Assembly (NCBI GenBank): GCA_963741955.1
Contig: CAVUKB010000007.1
Span: 608,001-672,000 of the forward strand
Source: an uncultured Acidobacteriota bacterium
Lineage (GTDB): Bacteria; Acidobacteriota; Thermoanaerobaculia; Gp7-AA8
Reading direction: 5' to 3'
Length of the DNA: 64,000 bases
Part shown: positions 57,722 to 64,000 of the stretch, one piece after another
Layout of the letters: each line of letters opens with the position of its first letter
Position numbering within the stretch: position 1 is the first letter of the stretch
Made by a program: the position numbers and the translations under genes
Notes under the pieces: model-generated
The model's input: the letters and a program-made list of their open reading frames with translations, nothing else
Told to the model about the DNA's origin: nothing
Databases searched by the model: none

Positions 57722-58999
57722 GTGAAAATCGAGTACGACCAGCTTCCGAACGGACTGAAAGTCGTCTACAACGAAGACCACTCCGCCCCGCTCGTCGCAA
57801 TCAACGTCTGGTACCACGTCGGGTCGAAGAACGAACGGGAAGGGCGAACCGGCTTCGCCCATCTGTTCGAGCACATGCTCTTCTCCGGCTCCGAGCACGT
57901 CGGCAACAACGAGCATTTCCGCTACGTGCAGTCCGTCGGCGGGATCCTCAACGGTTCCACCACGTTCGACCGGACCAACTACTACGAGACCCTTCCATCG
58001 AACTACCTTGCCCTCGGGCTGTGGCTCGAGTCCGACCGGATGGGTTTCTTCCTCCCGGCGCTGACTCAGGAGAAGTTCGACGTCCAGAAGAACGTGGTGA
58101 AGGAAGAGCGCCGGCTCCGCTACGACAACGCTCCCTACGGCACCGCGTTCGAGAATCTCCTCGAGCTCGCCTACGATCCCGATTTTCCATATCACTGGCC
58201 GACCATCGGCTCGATGGAAGACCTCGACGCCGCGGAGCTCGACGACATCCGCCAGTTCTTCCGCACCTGGTATGCCCCCGACAACGCGGTGCTCACTCTG
58301 GTCGGTGACTTCGTCCCCGCTGAAGCGAAGAAACTCGTCGAGACGTACTTTGCCGACATTCCGGCCGGACCGGCGCGTCCTCCGTTCGATCGCACGCGCA
58401 GGCCGGCGGGAGAAGAGCGGCGCGGAAGTGTCCACGGTCCGGTGCAGCTCCCGCGTCTCTATCGTCTCTACCACCTCCCTCCGATGGGAAGGGACGAATG
58501 GTTCGCGGCCGATCTGGTCACCAACCTTCTGGCCGCGGGAAAGGCGAGCCGTCTGGAGCGGGCCCTCGTGTACGAGCAGCAGATCGCACAGGAAGTCGGC
58601 GCGTTCGTCTTTCCCACCGAGACCTCCGGAATGCTCCTGATGATGGCGACCGCGAAGCAGAATGTCGATCTCGCGAAGCTCGAAGCAGCGATGGACACGG
58701 AGATCGAGACGCTGATCCGTGGCGGTGTCACGGACGAGGAACTGACTCGGGTGAAAAATCAGAGCGAGACCGACGTCGCGCACCAGGTCTCGGAGTACGA
58801 ATCGCGTGCAGACCTCCTGGGGATGTTCGCGACTTTCTTCGACGATCCGGCCCTGGTCGGGAAGTGGCCGGAGCGATACCGCGCCCGCAGCGCCGGCGAG
58901 CTGCAGTCGGCCGCCGCGAAGTACCTCACGACGGAGAATCGTGTCACGCTCGAATACCTCCCCGCGGCGGGAGCGACGGCGGCAGAGGAGGTGCAGTGA
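57722..58999 (+). CDS. M16 family peptidase, catalytic subunit
   Basis: VWYHVGS..E, GFAHLFEH (HxxEH), NGST..DRTNY, LESDRM; GTG start. Confidence 0.93.
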   Translation: MKIEYDQLPNGLKVVYNEDHSAPLVAINVWYHVGSKNEREGRTGFAHLFEHMLFSGSEHVGNNEHFRYVQSVGGILNGSTTFDRTNYYETLPSNYLALGLWLESDRMGFFLPALTQEKFDVQKNVVKEERRLRYDNAPYGTAFENLLELAYDPDFPYHWPTIGSMEDLDAAELDDIRQFFRTWYAPDNAVLTLVGDFVPAEAKKLVETYFADIPAGPARPPFDRTRRPAGEERRGSVHGPVQLPRLYRLYHLPPMGRDEWFAADLVTNLLAAGKASRLERALVYEQQIAQEVGAFVFPTETSGMLLMMATAKQNVDLAKLEAAMDTEIETLIRGGVTDEELTRVKNQSETDVAHQVSEYESRADLLGMFATFFDDPALVGKWPERYRARSAGELQSAAAKYLTTENRVTLEYLPAAGATAAEEVQ

Positions 59000-60393
59000 T
59001 GGCGGAGGAGTCGACCACTTTTCGAGATCGCGCGCCGCAGCCGGCGCCACCGCGCCCGTACCATTTCCCGAAGATCCGGAGAGTGACGCTGGAGAACGGG
59101 CTGCGGGTCCTCATCGCGCAGAGCGCGAGCGCGCCGCTGGTTGCGGCGCGGATGGTCGTCCATTCGGGAGGCGATCGCGACCCGGCTGCACGGTTCGGGC
59201 TCGCGGCTCTCGCCGGAGGACTCCTCGACGAAGGTGCCGGAGATCGTGACACCATCCAGATCGCCGAGGCCATCGGATTGCTCGGCGGATCCCTCGGGAG
59301 CGGAGCCGACTGGGACGCGTCATACGTCTATCTCGATCTCCTCTCGAGCAAGCTCGAGGCGGGGATGGACGTCTTCGCCGACGTGGTGCTCCGGCCCCGC
59401 TTCGAAGAGGGCGACCTCGAACGCCTTCGGAACGAGAGACTCACCGAGATCCTGCAGGGGCGCGACGAGGCGCCGGTGATCGCGTCGAACGGATTCGCGA
59501 GGGCGGTGTACGGCGGAACGCCGTACGGCAATCCGCTGATCGGAACCGAGGATTCGGTCGCGGCGATCACCCGGGACGACGTCCTCGCGTTCTACCGCCG
59601 GCATTACGTCCCGAACAACGCGTCGCTGGTCATCGCCGGTGATCTCGACGCCGATAGAGGCGAAGAGATGGCGCGGCGGCTCTTCGGGAAGTGGAAGCGC
59701 GGCGAAGACGTTCCCGCGGAAGCGGTGTCACCGCGGCGTGCCGATCAGTCGCAGATCTATCTCATCGACCGCCCCGAGTCGGTGCAGTCGGAGATCCGAA
59801 TCGGCCACCCCGGCGTTCCGCGCAACTGCGAAGACTACTTCCCCCTCACGGTGATGAACGCGATCCTCGGAGGCGTCTTCACCTCCAGGCTGAACCTGAC
59901 TCTGAGGGAGAAGCACGGCTACACGTACGGCATCCGTTCCGCGTTCGCGATGCGACGGCACGCCGGTCCTTTCCTCGTCAGCACTGCGGTCCGCAACGAC
60001 GTGACTGCGGCCGCGGCGAAGGAGATCCTCCGCGAGGTCGCGGAGCTGAGAGACGGAGAGGTCAGGGACGAGGAGCTCTCCGAGGCGAAGAACTATCTGA
60101 TGGGCGTCTTTCCCGCGACGGTGCAGACGCCGGCGGACGTCGCCAGTCGTATCCAGGAAATGGAACTATACGGATTGCCGCACGACTATTTCGATCACTA
60201 TCGCAGGCGGCTCGGGGACGTGACGAAGGACGAGATCCGACGGGTCGCAGAGAAGTACCTCGATCCCTCCCGCGCCGCGGTGGTCGTCGTCGGAAAGGCC
60301 GCCGAGATCCAGCCGTCGCTCAACGAGCTGGGACGGCCGCTGGGGCTGTACGACATCGACGGAAAACCGAAGAGACTCGAGGCTCGAGGCTAG
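58999..60393 (+). CDS. M16 family peptidase, non-catalytic subunit
   Basis: ATG overlaps upstream stop; LENGL.V, lacks HxxEH, SRLN..LREKHGYTYG. Confidence 0.9.
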   Translation: MAEESTTFRDRAPQPAPPRPYHFPKIRRVTLENGLRVLIAQSASAPLVAARMVVHSGGDRDPAARFGLAALAGGLLDEGAGDRDTIQIAEAIGLLGGSLGSGADWDASYVYLDLLSSKLEAGMDVFADVVLRPRFEEGDLERLRNERLTEILQGRDEAPVIASNGFARAVYGGTPYGNPLIGTEDSVAAITRDDVLAFYRRHYVPNNASLVIAGDLDADRGEEMARRLFGKWKRGEDVPAEAVSPRRADQSQIYLIDRPESVQSEIRIGHPGVPRNCEDYFPLTVMNAILGGVFTSRLNLTLREKHGYTYGIRSAFAMRRHAGPFLVSTAVRNDVTAAAAKEILREVAELRDGEVRDEELSEAKNYLMGVFPATVQTPADVASRIQEMELYGLPHDYFDHYRRRLGDVTKDEIRRVAEKYLDPSRAAVVVVGKAAEIQPSLNELGRPLGLYDIDGKPKRLEARG

Positions 60394-60407
60394 AGACTAG
60401 AGGCTAG

Positions 60408-60984
60408 AGGCTCACGCAGAATATTCGCGACAGCAGCGATTTTGGTGAGTTCTGTTCGATAAAGCAGGATCAAGCGCGAACGATTAACGCCGAATCCGAA
60501 AGCCGAGATTCGAGGCTCGAGGCTTGAGACTCGCGCAGAATATTCGCGACAATGGCGATTGCGGTGAATTCCGTTCTGTAAAGTAGGACTCACCGCGAAC
60601 GATTGACGCCTCCGAATCCGAAAGCCGAGACTAGAGGCTCGAGGTTTGAGGCTCGCGCAGAATATTCGCGACAGTGGCGATTGCGGTGAATTCCGTTCTG
60701 TAAAGTAGGACTCACCGCGAACGATTGACGCCTCCGAATCCGAAAGCCGAGACTAGAGGCTCGAGGTTTGAGGCTCGCGCAGAATATTCGCGACAGTGGC
60801 GAGTTGGGTGAATTCCGTTCTGTAGAGTAGGACTAGACGCGAACGATTGACGCCCGAATCCGAAAGCCGAGACTAGAGGCTCGAGGCTTGAGGCTCGCGC
60901 AGAATATTCGCGACAGTGGCGAGTTGGGTGAATTCCGTTCTGTAGAGTAGGACTAGACGCGAACGATTGACGCCCGAATCCGAA
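60408..60984. repeat. Tandem array of five ~119-122 bp units
   Basis: GAATATTCGCGAC anchor at 60419, 60538, 60660, 60782 and 60902; linkers are GAGGCTC/GAGACTA heptamers. Confidence 0.92.
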
Positions 60985-60993
60985 GGGCCGAGT

Positions 60994-61140
60994 TTCTCGT
61001 CTCTCGTCTCTCGTCTCTCGTCTCTCGCCTCTCGTCTCTCGTCTCTCGCCTCTCACCTCTCGTTCCGAGTCTCTAGCCTCGAGCCTCCAGCCCCGCGTCT
61101 CTCGCCTCTCGCCTCTCGCCTCTAGCCCCGCGTCTCTCGC
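60994..61140. repeat. TCTCTCG/CCTCTCG heptamer tract
   Basis: Direct reading. Confidence 0.85.
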
Positions 61141-61601
61141 CAACGAAACTCGCTCAGGCTCGTCGCCACCCCTGCGGCCGCGAGGAGCTGCAGCAGCATC
61201 AGGAGCATTGCCACTCCGTGCATCCGGCCGAAGTTCTCGCGGACCGGATCTTTTGGGCCGAGATTCTCGATGGCGACCGGGCTGCTCCGGCGGATCTCCT
61301 GCACCCGATAGTCCACCACCGCCTGGGCCGTGGCGAGCCCGATGGTGAAGGCGAGGACGATGATCCGGAAACCGCTGCCGAGCCGGTTGCGTGCCCACTC
61401 GATCACGATGAGCACCAGGGGAACGAGGAGAGAGATGAGACTCCAGGCGACGAGCATCACGCCGACGAAGTCGCCCGCGACGGACGGAGTCGGCGCGACC
61501 CGGAATGCGGCAGGTGCGGCGAAAGCAGCGAGGAAGATGCCGCCGCCGAGCCAGAGGGCGAGGAGGATCTGGACAAAGAAGCGGAGGATACGGTCCATCA
61601 T
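61122..61601 (-). CDS. DUF4149/TMEM205-like membrane protein
   Basis: WLGG..F.AAFAAP.AF; four hydrophobic segments; F..MHG.A..L. Confidence 0.7.
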   Translation of the reverse strand: MMDRILRFFVQILLALWLGGGIFLAAFAAPAAFRVAPTPSVAGDFVGVMLVAWSLISLLVPLVLIVIEWARNRLGSGFRIIVLAFTIGLATAQAVVDYRVQEIRRSSPVAIENLGPKDPVRENFGRMHGVAMLLMLLQLLAAAGVATSLSEFRWRETRG

Positions 61602-62659
61602 CGAAACAGTGCGCCGATCGAATGTTCGTAAGGGGCCTTCAGAACTCCGCGCTCGGTGATGATTGCGGAGACCAGGCGAGCGGGGGTGACGTCGAATGCC
61701 GGATGTCGGGCCTTGACTCCCGCAGGGGCGATTGAAACGCGGTGGAACACACCACTCTCATCGCATCCTCCGACGTGCGTCACCTCGTCGGGGTTTCGCT
61801 CCTCGATCGGAATCGCGTCTCCCGTTTCACAGCGGCGGTCGATGGTGGAGAGAGGAGCCGCGACATAGAACGGGACTTTGTGCTCGTGCGCGAGAACCGC
61901 GAGGGTGTACGTTCCAATCTTGTTCGCCACGTCTCCGTTCGCAGCGATCCGGTCGGCGCCGACGATCACCGCATCGAACGAGCCGCGGCTGAAGAAATAG
62001 CCGGCCATGTCGTCGGCGATCAGGGTGACGTCGATCCCTTCCTGCTGCAGCTCCCAGGCAGTGAGTCGCGCTCCCTGCAGCCAGGGGCGGGTCTCGTCCG
62101 CGTAGACGTGGATCTTCTTTCCCGCGCGGTGTGCGCAGCGGATCACCCCGAGGGCGGTTCCGAAACCGCTGGTGGCGAGTGCGCCGGCGTTGCAGTGCGT
62201 CAGGACGGTCGTCTCTTCCTGCAGGAGGCGGTTGCCGTACTCGCCGATCTTCCGGTTCGCTTCCAGATCCTCCTCGAACATCCGAACGGCCTCTGCGGCC
62301 AGGCGGTCGCCGAGGAGGGCGCGTCCGTCGTGAGAGAAACGCTCGAGTGCGGAAAGCATTCGGTCGATCGCCCACCCGAGGTTCACCGCTGTCGGCCGCG
62401 TTGCGCGAAGGAGCTCGGCGCCTTTGCTGACCCTGTCCGCAACCTCATTTTCCGGCACGGCCGCGGCGGCGAGGGCGATTCCGAACGCCGCGCAGACCCC
62501 GATGGCAGGGGCGCCCCGCACCGCCATCTCGCGGATGGCGTTCGCGACCTCGTGCTCGTCGCGGCACGTGAGGTGGCGAACCTCGTGCGGCAGGAGGCGC
62601 TGATCGAGAAGAATCAGCTGGCCTCTGCGCCATTCGATCGGAACGACTTCCCTCGGCAT
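61598..62659 (-). CDS. mtnA: S-methyl-5-thioribose-1-phosphate isomerase
   Basis: LDQR.LP, VRGAPAIG, RPTAVNL, THCNAGALAT, ETRP.LQGARLT, NGDVANKIGT, FDVTP. Confidence 0.95.
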   Translation of the reverse strand: MPREVVPIEWRRGQLILLDQRLLPHEVRHLTCRDEHEVANAIREMAVRGAPAIGVCAAFGIALAAAAVPENEVADRVSKGAELLRATRPTAVNLGWAIDRMLSALERFSHDGRALLGDRLAAEAVRMFEEDLEANRKIGEYGNRLLQEETTVLTHCNAGALATSGFGTALGVIRCAHRAGKKIHVYADETRPWLQGARLTAWELQQEGIDVTLIADDMAGYFFSRGSFDAVIVGADRIAANGDVANKIGTYTLAVLAHEHKVPFYVAAPLSTIDRRCETGDAIPIEERNPDEVTHVGGCDESGVFHRVSIAPAGVKARHPAFDVTPARLVSAIITERGVLKAPYEHSIGALFR

Positions 62660-62783
62660 CCGAACCGTTATACTACACGCTCGCGCGGGACTGGTGCGCA
62701 CAGAGCGGGATTCTTCACGAGCTCCGTCACTGCCGGACCGCGGGACAGAAATTGCAAACGCGAAACAACGCGGAGGGAGTCAA

Positions 62784-63815
62784 ATGGTACGCGTAGGAAT
62801 CAATGGATTTGGACGAATTGGCCGAAACGTGGTTCGCGCTGCGCTCAGGCGCGGAAGCGACGTCGAATTCGTCGCAGTCAACGATCTGACCGACGCCGGC
62901 ACGCTGGCGTATCTCCTCAAATACGATTCGGTGCACGGCATTCTTCCGAACAAGGTCGTCGCGGAGGAAGGCTCCATCGCGGTCGACGGAAAGTCTATCC
63001 GCATCTTCTCGTCGCCCGACCCGGCCGAGATCCCGTGGAGCGAGCTCGGTGCCGAGATCGTGGTCGAGTCGACCGGACGCTTCACGACGAAGGAAAAGGC
63101 GGAGCGCCACATCAAAGGAACCGTGGAGACGGTGATCATCTCCGCTCCGTCGAAGAATGCGGACGCGACGATCTGTCTCGGCGTCAACGAGAAGACGTTC
63201 GACCCGACGAAGCACAAGGTCATCTCGAACGCTTCGTGCACCACCAACTGTCTCGCCCCGGTGGCGAAGGTCCTGCACGAGAAGTTCACCATCACCAGCG
63301 GACTGATGACCACCATTCACTCGTACACCAATGACCAGGAGATTCTCGACCTTCCGCACAAGGACCGCCGGCGTGGTCGTGCCGCGGCGCTGTCGATGAT
63401 CCCCACCACCACCGGCGCGGCTGCGGCAGTCGGACTGGTGCTTCCGGAGCTGAAGGGAAAGTTCGACGGGATCTCGGTTCGCGTCCCGACTCCGAACGTC
63501 TCTCTGGTCGACCTGACCTTCTCCACCGAGAAGGCCACCAGCGTCGACGAGATCAATCAGATGCTGCGCGAAGCGGCGGACGGACCGCTGAAGGGAATCT
63601 TGTCGTACTCCGACGAGCAGCTCGTGTCGATCGATTTCAACGGCAATCCGAGCTCCTCGATCGTCGACACGACCTTCACCCGCTCGGTCAGTCCGCACGA
63701 CCACAAGGTGCTCGCGTGGTACGACAACGAGTGGGGCTACTCGAACCGCGTGCTCGACCTGATCACCTGGGTCGCCGAAGTGAAGCGAAGCTCGGTGGCA
63801 ACCAGCGGACGCTGA
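62784..63815 (+). CDS. gap: Glyceraldehyde-3-phosphate dehydrogenase (type I)
   Basis: GINGFGRIGR, SNASCTTNCLAP, WYDNEWGYS. Confidence 0.98.
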   Translation: MVRVGINGFGRIGRNVVRAALRRGSDVEFVAVNDLTDAGTLAYLLKYDSVHGILPNKVVAEEGSIAVDGKSIRIFSSPDPAEIPWSELGAEIVVESTGRFTTKEKAERHIKGTVETVIISAPSKNADATICLGVNEKTFDPTKHKVISNASCTTNCLAPVAKVLHEKFTITSGLMTTIHSYTNDQEILDLPHKDRRRGRAAALSMIPTTTGAAAAVGLVLPELKGKFDGISVRVPTPNVSLVDLTFSTEKATSVDEINQMLREAADGPLKGILSYSDEQLVSIDFNGNPSSSIVDTTFTRSVSPHDHKVLAWYDNEWGYSNRVLDLITWVAEVKRSSVATSGR

Positions 63816-63831
63816 GAAAGGCCTGAAGCCG

Positions 63832-64000
63832 ATGTCCAAGATACCTGTCGTCGACGAGCTCGAGCTCGACGGGGCGCGAGTCTTCTATCGTGTCGATTAC
63901 AACGTGCCGCTGGAAGGAGGAGAGGTCGGTGACGTTACCCGCATCGAGGGGACCATCCCGACGCTGCATCTTCTCCGGGAGCGGGGGGCGAAGGTCATCA
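63832..64000 (+). CDS. pgk: Phosphoglycerate kinase (partial, runs off window end)
   Basis: MSKIPVVDELELDGARVFYRVDYNVPL...DVTRIEGTIPTL...GAKVI directly after gap. Confidence 0.9.
   Translation, partial: MSKIPVVDELELDGARVFYRVDYNVPLEGGEVGDVTRIEGTIPTLHLLRERGAKVI

Noticed and set aside
60408-60984. CRISPR array
   Set aside because: No constant short repeat with unique spacers; the entire ~121-bp unit is duplicated.

Overview
GC-rich bacterial chromosomal window, most consistent with Acidobacteriota (probably Thermoanaerobaculia-like; inferred from the Acidobacterial-type VWA protein, an Oar-like TonB-dependent receptor and DUF1573/DUF5666 proteins). The backbone is mostly housekeeping: mpl, a long GreA, ferredoxin, lepA, an anti-sigma/anti-anti-sigma pair, selD, an EF-G paralog, a Ser/Thr kinase, a short TldD/PmbA-like pair, an acyl-CoA carboxylase beta subunit, rplU-rpmA-obgE-nadD-rsfS-(sigma54 activator)-rlmH-dksA, holA, MFS-pxpA, lhgO, ubiA-like-dNK-panBCD, an M16 peptidase pair, mtnA and gap-pgk. 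Features the ORF track misses: (1) selD reads through an in-frame UGA (selenocysteine) followed by a SECIS-like hairpin; (2) a pan-motif-like double hairpin upstream of panB; (3) a 52-aa small ORF; (4) a dense set of non-coding repeats. These repeats include a 9-unit ~243-bp array built of REP-like hairpins, a 5-unit ~121-bp array, heptamer tracts that overlap gene 3' ends, a head-to-tail stack IS1182-IS1380-IS1182-MITE joined by single CTAG sites inside a heptamer tract, and a MITE with IS1380 ends nested inside a MITE with IS1182 ends. No CRISPR array, rRNA or tRNA was recognised. Family assignments come from motif recognition by eye, not from database searches.
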